From the IMG/VR virus record IMGVR_UViG_3300046615_000451, positions 19,357-83,356 of that record: 64,000 bases of DNA, one strand, 5' to 3'. The position numbers and the translations under genes are program-made. The DNA is from a virus. Taxonomy: Duplodnaviria; Caudoviricetes. Shown piece by piece: positions 27,675 through 37,742 of the stretch (position 1 is its first letter; each line of letters opens with the position of its first letter). A model generated the notes under the pieces. The model was given only the letters and a program-made list of their open reading frames with translations. It was not told the origin of the DNA and searched no databases.

Positions 27675-29240
27675 ATGGCCAGGGCGAAGAAAGAAAAACA
27701 GTTGGTGCTCGATGCCGATCCGCGCTGGCCCGCGTTCGTCGCCCGGTATGCCTTCGAACAATACAAATTCGCCGTCGAAGTGTGCGGCATGGGTATTGTG
27801 GGCAAGCCCGTAACGCACCAGCAGAAAGAACTGTTTGATGAAGCCTCGCCCTATGGGTGCCGGGTGTCGGTGGCGTCTGGCCACGGTACCGGCAAGACTA
27901 GGAGTTTTGGCGTTATAGCGCTTTGGCACCTACTCTGCTATCGCAATTCAAACACCTACATCACCGCACCAAAGCTCAAGACCGTGCGCGAAGGTGTATG
28001 GAAGGAAATCACCACGCTCAAGGCGCAGATCGAGAAAGGCCCGCACGCCTGGATTGCGCAATACATCACCATCCAGGCCGAAAAGGTCTACATCAACACC
28101 AAGTCGGCTATCTGGTACGTCACCACCCGTACAGCACCCCGCGGCGCCCCTGAGAACCTGGCCGGTACCCACGGCGATTACCTCTTATGGATGGCGGACG
28201 AAGCCTCAGGTATCCCGGACGAAAACTTTGGCGTGATCGGTGGCGCCCTCACCGATCCGCGTAACCGCTTCATCATGGCCAGCCAGCCTACCCGTAGCAG
28301 CGGGTTCTTTCGTGACTCGCACCACAGTAAGAGCAAGCGCCAAGGCGGGGCGTGGACAAGCCTCACGTTCAGCTCCGAAGAAAGCACGTTGGTGGGTATC
28401 GAGTTCATCAAGGAAAAGCTCATCCAGTACGGTGGGCGCGATGAAATGGAGTACCAGATCAAGGTCCGGGGCATGTTCCCGACCAACTCCAGCAAGTACC
28501 TGCTCAGCCAAGCAGCCATTGAGCGCGTCATTGAAGGCCCGAACGTCATCCTGCCGGGCGAAGCCTATGGTCACCTGATCGTGGTCGACGTAGCGGCGGG
28601 CGTAGGGCGAGACAAGACCGTGGCCACGCATATGAAGGTGATCGGCAATGGCGACCGCATGAGCGCAGATCGGCGCCGGATTGAGGTGGTCGCGGTACCG
28701 GTCTACACCAACACCGAAGACTGGACACCGGTGGCGGTGAAGGTGCTGGACTACGCGGCGCAATTCTCCAACGTCACGATCATCGTCGACACCAACGGCA
28801 TGGGTAACCAGTTCCTCAAGCGGCTGATAGAGCTGTCGGGGGGCGGGATCCATGCCAAGGGCTGTCGCTGGGGTGAATTGCCGTTCAGCAACGAATACCG
28901 CAAGCGATTCCTTAACCAGCGGGCGCAGTCCACGGTCCACCTGGTCGAGGCGATCAAGGACGGTGTGGTACGCCTGTCGAGCCAGTACAAAAAGGATCTG
29001 ATCGACCAGGGCAGCCGTATTCCTTACTTCCTGGATGAGTTGGGGCGCTACCACATCGCCCGCAAGCAGGACATGGCCGCGGAGGGGCTTCCATCCCCCG
29101 ACCTTTTGGACACGCTCGCCATGGCGTTTCTGGAATCTGCGGAGTACGTGCCGGCGCAAGGCGAGGCCGTCAGCCTCAGCACAGACAGGCGCCAGGCCGC
29201 ACTTGATGCTGCGCGCGAGGCGCTGGCTGGCATCACGTAA
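27675..29240 (+). CDS. terL: Terminase large subunit (P1 PacB-like)
   Basis: Walker A SGHGTGKT, Walker B WMADEAS, RNase H-like VDVAAGVGRD...PDLLD. Confidence 0.93.
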   Translation: MARAKKEKQLVLDADPRWPAFVARYAFEQYKFAVEVCGMGIVGKPVTHQQKELFDEASPYGCRVSVASGHGTGKTRSFGVIALWHLLCYRNSNTYITAPKLKTVREGVWKEITTLKAQIEKGPHAWIAQYITIQAEKVYINTKSAIWYVTTRTAPRGAPENLAGTHGDYLLWMADEASGIPDENFGVIGGALTDPRNRFIMASQPTRSSGFFRDSHHSKSKRQGGAWTSLTFSSEESTLVGIEFIKEKLIQYGGRDEMEYQIKVRGMFPTNSSKYLLSQAAIERVIEGPNVILPGEAYGHLIVVDVAAGVGRDKTVATHMKVIGNGDRMSADRRRIEVVAVPVYTNTEDWTPVAVKVLDYAAQFSNVTIIVDTNGMGNQFLKRLIELSGGGIHAKGCRWGELPFSNEYRKRFLNQRAQSTVHLVEAIKDGVVRLSSQYKKDLIDQGSRIPYFLDELGRYHIARKQDMAAEGLPSPDLLDTLAMAFLESAEYVPAQGEAVSLSTDRRQAALDAAREALAGIT

Positions 29241-29251
29241 CAAACAATGTT

Positions 29252-29279
29252 TTGATAATGCGTAATCCGCTGATATGCT
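29252..29279 (+). promoter_or_regulatory. Sigma70-type promoter (TTGATA-16-TATGCT, extended -10)
   Basis: TG at 29271-29272 before the -10; intergenic. Confidence 0.5.
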
Positions 29280-29311
29280 GGCGCCCGCCCCACATACTCG
29301 GAATAAATCTT

Positions 29312-30355
29312 ATGAGTGAATCCACCTCAAGGCCGGCGCCGATCAGCGCCAGCGACATGTCCAGGATCGAACAGGATGCCAAGCGCGGCATAGGCGCCAG
29401 TTCAGGCGACACTATCCGCCTGGTGGGCGAGCTGAGCCGCTACGTGCGCGATCCCGTTGTGGTCGAAAGCACGATGGTGAATGCAATCTTTGACGTTACC
29501 GAAGACTACATAGCCGATAACACCACGCTGGAGGCCGAGAACTATCGCCTGCGCGCCCTGCTCGCTGAGAAGGTCGTCACCTCCACCATGCTGACGGGCC
29601 TTGTCCCCGAAGACGGCGGCATGACTGTCGGTTTCGAGGGTGGCGCCTGCGGGATGCTGGCTCAGGTATTTGGCGATCAGTTCTATCAGAACAAGGCCAT
29701 CAACTATCTGGAGCTGCGCTTTAACAGCGCCAAGCACCCGGAGCTGGGTCCGCTTGTCGTCACCCTACAGCGCGTAGAGGGCAAGACGCCGCACCAGTTG
29801 CGCGAAGTGGCCGAGGCCCAAAACCGCACGCTGACCGAACAGGTTGCCGTCCTGCAATCCGATGCCAATAGCTGGCAGTCCGGGTATGACGAAGGCCGGC
29901 GCATGGGTAGCAAGACCATGCAGGAAGCGCGGACGGTGGATGCTCGCCTTGCCGGTTTCTGGAACTCCCTCAAGGAAACGCCACCTGTGGGCGTACCGCT
30001 GGTGGTACTGCGCGATGCCGGCAACGTGGGGAATGGTCAGCACCCTGGCCACCGCTGTGGGCGCTGGCTTGAGCTGACAGCCATTCAGGGAACCATGTTC
30101 CTCTGTGATGCGTTTTCAACCGGCCATGTTATGGGCTGGGTGCGCGCTGATGAGTTCCTAGGGCTTGAGGCCATGCGCAAGGAGGCCGAGCTGTATCGCT
30201 TCGTCAGTCGGCTCGCTTGGTATGTCGACAAGGCGTCGTTTGTTTATGACATCGGGAATAACCGCTCCAACTGGGCTACCGAACGCCAGTCAGTAGACGC
30301 TGACGAGGTTGAGGCAGCCATTACCGCCACTATGAACAAGGAAACAGAAGTATGA
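29312..30355 (+). CDS. Hypothetical mosaic phage protein (Ead/Ea22-like segments)
   Basis: INYLELRF...LVVTLQRVEGKTPHQL; start moved to ATG 29312. Confidence 0.55.
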   Translation: MSESTSRPAPISASDMSRIEQDAKRGIGASSGDTIRLVGELSRYVRDPVVVESTMVNAIFDVTEDYIADNTTLEAENYRLRALLAEKVVTSTMLTGLVPEDGGMTVGFEGGACGMLAQVFGDQFYQNKAINYLELRFNSAKHPELGPLVVTLQRVEGKTPHQLREVAEAQNRTLTEQVAVLQSDANSWQSGYDEGRRMGSKTMQEARTVDARLAGFWNSLKETPPVGVPLVVLRDAGNVGNGQHPGHRCGRWLELTAIQGTMFLCDAFSTGHVMGWVRADEFLGLEAMRKEAELYRFVSRLAWYVDKASFVYDIGNNRSNWATERQSVDADEVEAAITATMNKETEV

Positions 30356-30576
30356 GCATTCTCAATTTGAAATGGATCAAGGGCGCCCCGCCCAAGCTGC
30401 TGCCGGGGATGGTTGTGCGCGTTGGTCCGGAGCAAGTCGTTCTGATGGGCTCGTATGCCGACGAAAGCGAGCAGACCGGAATCCTGTCGCGCGCCATCGA
30501 GCACGCACAAGCCATTAGCGGCTACGAGCTGGATTGGCTCGCAAACATGGGACTACCTGCTAAGGCGGTTGCGTGA
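30352..30576 (+). CDS. Hypothetical protein
   Basis: Coupled ORF. Confidence 0.5.
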   Translation: MSILNLKWIKGAPPKLLPGMVVRVGPEQVVLMGSYADESEQTGILSRAIEHAQAISGYELDWLANMGLPAKAVA

Positions 30577-30758
30577 GTGACGAAGCGCTGGCCACGTTGG
30601 TGATCTGCTACCTGGCTGGCAGCACCGTAACCCTCATGAGCATGGACGCTCCCAGCAAAGTCCGTTTCCTGTACCGCCGTCTCGCGCTGTGGCCGCTGTA
30701 CTGGGCCTACCTGCTCGTAAAGATGGCTTTCATGCTGGCGCACGAGCTGCGCCGGTAA
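30573..30758 (+). CDS. Small membrane protein
   Basis: Two hydrophobic segments, LALWPLYW. Confidence 0.55.
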   Translation: MSDEALATLVICYLAGSTVTLMSMDAPSKVRFLYRRLALWPLYWAYLLVKMAFMLAHELRR

Positions 30759-30800
30759 ACACCCCTTTCAATCCCGACCATAACCGATAGGAACATCACC

Positions 30801-31814
30801 ATGCCTGTACTCCATAGCGCTATTCACAAGATCGACAAGAAGCCAGACGGTAGCCCTGCCGTGCTGCACATCGGCCGTTCCGAGCAGGTCGAGAGCCAGG
30901 CCCGCGACGATCTGATGAGTCAGTTCAACGAAAGCTACAACGGCACTACCGGCAAGGCGTGGGGCTTCTTCCATGCGGAGTCCGGGGCGCACCCACTGCG
31001 CGGATGGCTCGCGACGTACCTGGCCGGTGGGTCTGACTTCTTGGCTTTCAGCACCATCGCCGTCGAGCACCTGACCAGGCTCATGGAAGAGTCGAATCTG
31101 ACCGTGGGCGGCCACGCGCTCTTCTGCCACTACCGTCAAGGTCTGACCGACTACCTGGTCATCGCCCTGGTGCAGGAAACCGAAGCGCTGACAATGACCG
31201 AAGAGCTGGACCTGATCAGAGGCAAGCGCCTGGACTTGGACCATTTGCGCCTGGCCGCGCGTATCAATCTGTCGGAGTGGGCGAGTAATTCCGCGTCGAA
31301 GCAATACGTCTCTTATCTCAAGGGTAAGAACGGCAAGCGGTCCAGCGAGTATTTTCGTGACTTCATTGGTGTTCAGGAAGGCGTCGACGGCGCCGGCGAA
31401 ACCCGGACCTTGCTCAAGGCGTTCAGTGACTTCGTTGAAAGCGAGGATCTGCCAGAAGAGTCCACCCGTGAACGCACCAAGACCCTGATCGATTACGCCA
31501 CCAGCCAGACAAAGCTGGGCGAGCCGATGAATCTTGAAGAGCTGTCGGAGCTGATCGACGAAGAGCGCCCGAAAGCCTTCTATGATCACATCCGGGCCAA
31601 GGACTACGGCCTGTCTCCTGAAATCCCGGCCGATAAGCGCGTTCTGAATCAGTTCCGTCGCTTCACCGGGCGCACCGAAGGCCTGTCGATCAGCTTTGAA
31701 TCGCATCTGCTGGGCTCTAAGGTCGCGTTTGACCAAGAGGGCGGCACGCTGACACTGAGCGGCCTGCCTACCCAACTCACCGACCAACTCAAGCGCGCAG
31801 CGGTGCAGAAATGA
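30801..31814 (+). CDS. ndpA: Nucleoid-associated protein NdpA/YejK
   Basis: [10 protein letters not shown]...[12 protein letters not shown]...SEYFRDFIG...[21 protein letters not shown]. Confidence 0.92.
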   Translation: MPVLHSAIHKIDKKPDGSPAVLHIGRSEQVESQARDDLMSQFNESYNGTTGKAWGFFHAESGAHPLRGWLATYLAGGSDFLAFSTIAVEHLTRLMEESNLTVGGHALFCHYRQGLTDYLVIALVQETEALTMTEELDLIRGKRLDLDHLRLAARINLSEWASNSASKQYVSYLKGKNGKRSSEYFRDFIGVQEGVDGAGETRTLLKAFSDFVESEDLPEESTRERTKTLIDYATSQTKLGEPMNLEELSELIDEERPKAFYDHIRAKDYGLSPEIPADKRVLNQFRRFTGRTEGLSISFESHLLGSKVAFDQEGGTLTLSGLPTQLTDQLKRAAVQK

Positions 31815-32077
31815 AGACGCGTTTTACTTGGGTGTGGGTGGCGAAGGCAGTGGCTACAGGGCCACTTGATGCCGATATCCGGACCGAAGCGTGGTCAGGG
31901 TTCAAAACACTGGCGAACGCCGTGCTGGCGCTGATTTTGCGGACTGTGATGCTGTTAACGTTCCCTGTGTCCGTTCCGGCGCGAGTGTATGGGTTCCGGT
32001 GGGCCGAGCGCCGCCGGGCAAACAAACGAGCGGCGACCAGTCTGGCTCGCCGTGCTGCACAGGATGCCGACGCATGA
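31811..32077 (+). CDS. Hypothetical membrane-associated protein
   Basis: Hydrophobic central stretch; coupled. Confidence 0.5.
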   Translation: MKTRFTWVWVAKAVATGPLDADIRTEAWSGFKTLANAVLALILRTVMLLTFPVSVPARVYGFRWAERRRANKRAATSLARRAAQDADA

Positions 32078-32574
32078 AAAAGAGGAAATCACTTCAAGCG
32101 CTGCTCCGCCGAGAGCGCGCACGGGGCCGCGCTGAGGCCGTCACGATCTTTAGCAGCCTTTGCCCTGAGGATGGGCTTGATAAGTACATAGGCTGCTCAG
32201 CAAACGGTGAGTCGGGCGACTACAGCAGCTATTGGGACGTGGACGCGCTGCGTAAGCTCCTGTGTGCTGATACCGAGGTGTGCGACAAGATCGATCGGTT
32301 GGCGGGCGCGCATGAATGGGTGTCCTACCTGGAGTTCGATCTGGCCAAGGCTCGCAAGGCCCTGGCGTTGGCGCAGATTGACGTGGACCGGTTCACATTT
32401 ATCGCAGGCGACATGCTGTCGTCGCTGGCCCGTCGCTATGCTGACGACGTGTCTGCCGAGCTGCCGGCCGTACTGAAAGGCCTGGATGCGGCCCGCGGTC
32501 CCTCCCCGCAACAAGAGTTCTACCCTACGCCCGCCCACTTGGTCGAAGCGCTGGCGAATCAAGTCGATGAGTGA
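32074..32574 (+). CDS. Hypothetical protein ending in a methyltransferase-like FYPTP motif
   Basis: Start moved to ATG 32074; ends QEFYPTPAHLVEALANQVDE. Confidence 0.5.
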   Translation: MKKRKSLQALLRRERARGRAEAVTIFSSLCPEDGLDKYIGCSANGESGDYSSYWDVDALRKLLCADTEVCDKIDRLAGAHEWVSYLEFDLAKARKALALAQIDVDRFTFIAGDMLSSLARRYADDVSAELPAVLKGLDAARGPSPQQEFYPTPAHLVEALANQVDE

Positions 32575-32764
32575 CGTGGAACTTGTTCAGGTTGTCGTCA
32601 GTGTTGACGGCGCACTATGCCAAGTTGTGATCCCGCCCGAGTGCAAGCCGCTCCTGTTGCAGCTGATGCAGGGCTTCCAGAACGACCGTGCCTTGAAGGT
32701 GGTCCGCCTACCCGCTACGGTGGGCCTGATGCCACTGCATGACTTAATTAAGTCAGAATCGTGA
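32567..32764 (+). CDS. Hypothetical protein
   Basis: ATG 32567 overlapping the upstream end. Confidence 0.45.
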   Translation: MSDVELVQVVVSVDGALCQVVIPPECKPLLLQLMQGFQNDRALKVVRLPATVGLMPLHDLIKSES

Positions 32765-32816
32765 AATGCACTAGAGTGGCGTTTTGGCATCACTAAAGCC
32801 GTTTTTTAACCAAAAG

Positions 32817-32834
32817 AATGTATAGGGATGCTTT
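32817..32834. promoter_or_regulatory. AATGTATAGGGAT[A/G]CTTT motif, copy 2
   Basis: 17/18 identical to copies 1 and 3. Confidence 0.6.
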
Positions 32835-32884
32835 TTTGGATCCCTTTCTGCCACAAACAGTAAAACCATAAGGATGGAAACCGG

Positions 32885-33274
32885 ATGATCTTGAAGGCGT
32901 ACAGGGATGGGCAATTTCATTACATCAAGGCCCGCGATTTTGCCGTGTTCAAGGCAGACAGCAAGTATGTGATAGGCGTCACCCCGGATGCGCGCGAGTG
33001 GTTGTTGTCGGATGGCGTGACACTCAAGTCTCTTGAGTCGGTGTTGCCCAGCCTGATCCGGTTGAATCGCGGCGTGCTGGTCAAGCGCTCCCAGGTCACC
33101 GGGCTGATTCGCACCCGCAAGGGCAGTAACATTGCCATTACGGTGGTGACGACGGCGGGCGAGTACAGGCTGGCGCGCCGCAGCTGCACGAACACCATTG
33201 TCGAACTGATCGAGCACAACCTAAGGCGCGAACGTTCGCCCACTTACCCCATGGAATCGCCAGATGAGCTTTGA
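32885..33274 (+). CDS. Stand-alone LytTR DNA-binding protein
   Basis: FKADSKYVIG...TLKSLE...LIRLNRGVLV. Confidence 0.8.
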   Translation: MILKAYRDGQFHYIKARDFAVFKADSKYVIGVTPDAREWLLSDGVTLKSLESVLPSLIRLNRGVLVKRSQVTGLIRTRKGSNIAITVVTTAGEYRLARRSCTNTIVELIEHNLRRERSPTYPMESPDEL

Positions 33275-33746
33275 AAGCACAACCCCGGACCTGTCCGGCC
33301 TTATACCGCCCACGCCCACCGAAACACTTGAGCAGGCCCGTGAACGCATCATTGCCCAAGTGATGGCCCGTCAGAAGGCCCTGAGCGAGCAATTCAGTAA
33401 GGTCGATCACCCATTTGTCAGTGAGGCCGCACAGGATGACTATGAGCTGGCCGCCGAAGAGTTTCGGGCGCTGATCAAGTGCGTGGTCCATCTGCCCCAG
33501 TCGGTCGAGGGGGTACGCTTCCTGGAAGGCTGGCACGCTAACCGTATGAAGCAAGTCGAGCTGCTGATGGATCACGCCAGACCGGGTAAACACATGGTGT
33601 TTGGCGCAGGTACCGAGCCTGTACCAATCAGCGAAGACTTTGCTAGGGGTATGTACGCTGCCCTTACGGTAGTTCGCGATATGTTCGGGAATTTCCCCCT
33701 GGAACTGACGGTGAGCGAAGAACCCGAGGACGATCCGGAGGAATAG
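33264..33746 (+). CDS. Hypothetical protein
   Basis: Tiles; followed by a terminator. Confidence 0.55.
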   Translation: MSFESTTPDLSGLIPPTPTETLEQARERIIAQVMARQKALSEQFSKVDHPFVSEAAQDDYELAAEEFRALIKCVVHLPQSVEGVRFLEGWHANRMKQVELLMDHARPGKHMVFGAGTEPVPISEDFARGMYAALTVVRDMFGNFPLELTVSEEPEDDPEE

Positions 33747-33764
33747 CCCGCAACGCTCATAAGG

Positions 33765-33785
33765 CCCGCCCACACGGCGGGTTTT
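33765..33785 (+). terminator. Rho-independent terminator
   Basis: CCCGCC-CACAC-GGCGGG-TTTT. Confidence 0.6.
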
Positions 33786-33845
33786 GCTTTTCTGGTATGC
33801 TGAATAAATCTTATAAGCACCAGACTCAAAATTCAGGGTGGCACG

Positions 33846-34070
33846 ATGGAAGTAGCACGATTGGTTGAACTACTCGGCAACAAGAAGGCGGTAGCGGAGG
33901 CGCTGGGACTGGCCTATCAAACCGTTTATTGCTGGGACAAGGACGTCCCCCCGAAACAGTTGCCCACGGTTCTGGTGGCGCTCGAAACAAAAAGCATTGA
34001 GGCGATGGAGCATTCCAAGTTGCTGGCGCGAGAAGCCAAGGCGTTGCGCATCAAGCTGACCACCGAATAA
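33846..34070 (+). CDS. Cro-like HTH regulator
   Basis: LVELLGNKKAVAEALGLAYQTVYCW. Confidence 0.75.
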   Translation: MEVARLVELLGNKKAVAEALGLAYQTVYCWDKDVPPKQLPTVLVALETKSIEAMEHSKLLAREAKALRIKLTTE

Positions 34071-34095
34071 GCCGGCGCCGGACCTGATCCGGCAT

Positions 34096-34136
34096 GCAAA
34101 CCCGGAATCTCTCCCCCTTTCCCTGCATGTGACACT
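34096..34136 (+). promoter_or_regulatory. Putative late promoter (GCAAAC...GACACT)
   Basis: Same spacing as the other copies. Confidence 0.6.
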
Positions 34137-34167
34137 ACCGCCCTGGCTATCAATGGGGTGCGTGGAC

Positions 34168-34464
34168 ATGATCGAAGAGTCGCGGTTTTATCGGGAGGTG
34201 CGCAAATTCGCCACCACTGAGCCGAGCTATTCCGCCAACTGCCAAGTGATCCGCACGCTTCCCAGTGACCGACACAACCTGTCGGCGGTGGCGCGGCGGG
34301 CGTTTGGTGACGCGACAGAGACGCGCACGATCCTGGCGGCGGCCGGCCTGCCCAATGTCGACTCCCCGCTGATCGAGCAAGACCTGGTGCTACCGACGAT
34401 TGCCTACCTGCGCTATCTGAAAGAGAAGTGCGGGCTCACCACAGCGGTTAGGACGGTTCGCTAA
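34168..34464 (+). CDS. Baseplate protein, LysM/tail-X-like (P1 gp26-like)
   Basis: LSAVARRAFGD...ILAAAGL...LVLPT pattern; start likely 34168 or 34153. Confidence 0.5.
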   Translation: MIEESRFYREVRKFATTEPSYSANCQVIRTLPSDRHNLSAVARRAFGDATETRTILAAAGLPNVDSPLIEQDLVLPTIAYLRYLKEKCGLTTAVRTVR

Positions 34465-35537
34465 TGGCGGCCAAGGACCAGGGCCGGCCGGATGTCGTCC
34501 AGGACGCGCGCAAGGCGGGCAAGGAGGCGCGGTTAGCCTTTGAGTTTGACCTTAAGCGTCGTCTCGGGGACCAGGCCAAGATCCTATCCGCCGACGACAT
34601 GGGCGGCCTGTACGAGCCCAAGCGCGGGCTGTTCACGTCGATTGACGGCAAGCCGCGCATGCTCACCTTTGACGACATCCTGGCTTTCAAGGCGGCCGTC
34701 AAAGACATTCAACGGATGCACGGCCAGCACAGCAAGCAGGCGTCCGGCGGGATCCTGGTCAAGAAGGTGATCGACCTGTCCACGCCCCAGGACCGGGAGC
34801 GCGCCAACAAGCAGATTCATTTCGCGGTACCGATGAGCAACCGGGCCGGCGTGGTGCAGTTCCAGACCAACGCCGGCCCTAACTCCGACGTCTCGCGCCA
34901 CACGGTGATGGTGCAGTTCCTCAGCTATGACGCCGCCCTGTCGAGTGGTCAGCCGGCGGCCGAGGCTGCGAAGTCGCTGGCGCGCGGCAAAATCAAGTAC
35001 GACTGCGACTGCAACCGGCACACGTTCTGGTTTCGCTACATCGCCAGCATTGGCAACTTCAACTACGGCCGCGCCGAGGACGGTTTTCCGCGGATCCGCA
35101 ACCCCAAGCTGTATGGGGTGGCCTGCAAGCACGTCATCCGCGTTATGGGCACGCTGGGGCACGCCGGTACGTTCAACAACTTCGCCACGAAGATGATCAA
35201 TCACGGCCGCAAAACGCTGAGCGGCAAGCAGCAGATCATGACGGTAAAAGAGCAGCAGGCGTTTATCGACAACGCCGCCAGTGCTCGCAGTCGGGCGCGC
35301 ACCGTCAAGACCTCCGAAGAGAAGCGCCTGGAGCGTGCCGCACAGCCTGCGCAGCAACGCAAAGCGGTAGAGGCGGCCAAGGTGCGGGCGGCGAACGAAT
35401 CGCTGCGCAAGACGCACGCCACCAAGGTCAACAAGCCGGTGCCACTGGATAAGAAAATCAAGGCCATGATGAAGCTGGGCTATTCCGAACAGGCCGCGCG
35501 GATCGCCATCACCGCCGCCGACAACGCACAGGGTTAA
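34464..35537 (+). CDS. P1-like tail morphogenesis protein with SWIM-type zinc motif (gp25-like)
   Basis: DCDCNRHTFWFRYIA...FPRIRNPKLYGVACKH. Confidence 0.6.
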   Translation: MAAKDQGRPDVVQDARKAGKEARLAFEFDLKRRLGDQAKILSADDMGGLYEPKRGLFTSIDGKPRMLTFDDILAFKAAVKDIQRMHGQHSKQASGGILVKKVIDLSTPQDRERANKQIHFAVPMSNRAGVVQFQTNAGPNSDVSRHTVMVQFLSYDAALSSGQPAAEAAKSLARGKIKYDCDCNRHTFWFRYIASIGNFNYGRAEDGFPRIRNPKLYGVACKHVIRVMGTLGHAGTFNNFATKMINHGRKTLSGKQQIMTVKEQQAFIDNAASARSRARTVKTSEEKRLERAAQPAQQRKAVEAAKVRAANESLRKTHATKVNKPVPLDKKIKAMMKLGYSEQAARIAITAADNAQG

Positions 35538-35540
35538 GAC

Positions 35541-36050
35541 ATGCTCAATAACGTCGCAATTCAGATCAACCGGGCCAACCGCCAGCGCACCCTGCGCGAG
35601 CCCAACGCTATCGAGTGCGTGCTGTTCACCAAGCAAGTCGACCGGGAGTCAGACAGCGCCAGCTATGACGGCTATCCCACGCTGGGCGGCGCTGGCGTGA
35701 TGAGCGATGAGGATGAGGTTAACTATTCGTGGGTGTACGCCTGCGATGCCAAGATCCACTTCGCCCAAGGCTTCGCCGCGCCGCTGGGCAACACGTCCGA
35801 CGATGGTGGGCGCCTCAACTATCCCGAGGGCGTAACAGAGGCGTCCATCGAGCCAATCCTTGACCCTGGCGCCGAAGGCTACGTGCAGCCGGCCAAGCGC
35901 ATGCTGGTGGCCTTGCTGATGGGTGACGGCCTGATCATCAACTACGAGATTGTTGACGTCACCGGTAACGTGAACATTCCGCCGTACACCCGTAAGTACC
36001 TGGTCAACCCGCGCCCGGATGAAGAGGCTACCGGCGACCTGGAGCCATAG
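35541..36050 (+). CDS. Putative head-tail joining / tail stability protein
   Basis: Position in the late cluster; beta-rich. Confidence 0.4.
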   Translation: MLNNVAIQINRANRQRTLREPNAIECVLFTKQVDRESDSASYDGYPTLGGAGVMSDEDEVNYSWVYACDAKIHFAQGFAAPLGNTSDDGGRLNYPEGVTEASIEPILDPGAEGYVQPAKRMLVALLMGDGLIINYEIVDVTGNVNIPPYTRKYLVNPRPDEEATGDLEP

Positions 36051-36071
36051 CGCGCACGTCATCCATATGGT

Positions 36072-36112
36072 GCAAAGCCCCGCCCGGAAGGGCTCAAAAC
36101 CGCCTGTACGCT
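36072..36112 (+). promoter_or_regulatory. Putative late promoter (GCAAAG...TACGCT) for portal
   Basis: Conserved spacing. Confidence 0.65.
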
Positions 36113-36143
36113 GACCGGTAAATGGGACTAATGCGTACAGACA

Positions 36144-37742
36144 ATGGCCGACGAAAAGAAACCGAAAAAGAGCTGGTTGGGGTCGCTTGGCGGCGCCACC
36201 AAGCTTTTGCTGGGCGAGGTGAGCACGGCGCCCGAAAACCGAATGGAAGGCATCAGCACCTTCGACGCTGATTACGTCGGCGTTGAAATGCTGTTGGGGT
36301 CAAGTGATCGCCCCGCCCGGTCCCGTTCTGCGATCTATCAGAAGTGGCACTACATGATTCAGGACGGGCTGATCAGCACCATCCTGCGTTTGCACGTACA
36401 GATGGCGCTGGGCGGCCACGAGACGACCGGGGAAACGATCTTTATCGAGCCCAAGCCCGGTATCTCGGCGGCGGACAAGAAGGCCGTCGACGAACTGCAA
36501 TTTATCGCCAAGATCCTCAACAAACACGCCCACAGCATGTGCTTCACCGCCTGCGCCTTCGGGGATGCCTACGCCCGGCTCTACACCCAAAAGGGCGAGG
36601 GAATGTTTGCTTTCGACAGCGAGCAGCCGTTTGCGCCCCTGGTGCAGGCCTATGAAGAGATTGGCCAGACCGTGGGCTACATCGTCAGTCTCGGATCGAA
36701 GCTGCAAAGCCGCTTCAATCACCTGGACATGGTGCGTATGCGCATGCCGCGCATGGTGTACCTGCCGCAGATGCGCGCTATCGAGAACGCCCAAAAGATC
36801 AACCTGGAAGCCACAGAGCCGCGCGATATGCGGCCATTGCCGGCGCTGGTGGGCGGTTCGTTCCTGGAAGCGGCCGAGGTGGACTACGACAACCTCATGT
36901 CCGCCCTGCGCGGGATGATCGGCCAGCGTATCGCCGGATCGATTGACGAAACGATGATCGGCGCCAACCTCTCCGACATGACGGCGGCGCAGCAGAAGCT
37001 GTTCATGGACTCGCTGGAAAAGATGCTGATCAGCATGAAAACCCGCGCCGAGGAAGCGGTGAAGACGGGCCAATACGCCACCTCCCGCAACTTCCACGTT
37101 ATGCCGACCTTCAATGAAAAGCAGCTGACGCAAATCAGCTCGTTTCAGGGCGGCTCCAACTCCGGCGCCGGCGCCAATATCGAAGACGTGATGTTCTGCG
37201 CTCGCAAGCTGGCGGGCACGCTGGGTATTGACCTGTCGATGGTGGGCTTTGCTGACCAAATGACTGGGGGCCTGGGTGAGGGTGGTTTCAACCGTACCAG
37301 CAGCCAGGCCGCTGAGCGCTCCCGGATCATCCGCACCGCCTTTATGCAAACAGTTAACGACACCATCGACCGCCACATGCTGGCGAAGGATGGCAAGTGC
37401 TGGGCCGACGATGAGCGCCCCTATGACGTGAATTTCTTCGGTTCCATTGCGGCGCTTGAGGCCGAGAAACAGGCCAGCCGAGAACGATCGATCAACGCCG
37501 GCGTGATGCTGCTCCAGGGCATGGACCTGATGCGCACCATGGGTCTGCCTGAGTCGATGTGCGAGCAGTTCATGGCCACGATGATGGAAATCGATACCGA
37601 GAAGGCCAAGATTTTTGCCAAGGGACTCAAGGAAGCAAAACCGCCTGCACCAGATATGGGTGGGGGATTCGGCGGTGGTGATGACGACCAGCAGCCGCCA
37701 CAACTACCGGCGCCGAACGGCACGAAAGAGAGCGAGGAATGA
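36144..37742 (+). CDS. prt: Portal protein (P1 Prt-like)
   Basis: 532 aa; directly upstream of Pro as in P1; acidic Gly/Pro-rich tail. Confidence 0.7.
   Translation: MADEKKPKKSWLGSLGGATKLLLGEVSTAPENRMEGISTFDADYVGVEMLLGSSDRPARSRSAIYQKWHYMIQDGLISTILRLHVQMALGGHETTGETIFIEPKPGISAADKKAVDELQFIAKILNKHAHSMCFTACAFGDAYARLYTQKGEGMFAFDSEQPFAPLVQAYEEIGQTVGYIVSLGSKLQSRFNHLDMVRMRMPRMVYLPQMRAIENAQKINLEATEPRDMRPLPALVGGSFLEAAEVDYDNLMSALRGMIGQRIAGSIDETMIGANLSDMTAAQQKLFMDSLEKMLISMKTRAEEAVKTGQYATSRNFHVMPTFNEKQLTQISSFQGGSNSGAGANIEDVMFCARKLAGTLGIDLSMVGFADQMTGGLGEGGFNRTSSQAAERSRIIRTAFMQTVNDTIDRHMLAKDGKCWADDERPYDVNFFGSIAALEAEKQASRERSINAGVMLLQGMDLMRTMGLPESMCEQFMATMMEIDTEKAKIFAKGLKEAKPPAPDMGGGFGGGDDDQQPPQLPAPNGTKESEE

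Noticed and set aside
28206-29243. 345-aa minus-strand ORF (similar cases at 30768-31787, 34584-35636, 7232-8179)
   Set aside because: Shadows of well-supported + strand genes.
36300-37703. 467-aa minus-strand ORF
   Set aside because: Antisense shadow of the portal gene; a typical high-GC artefact with no motifs.
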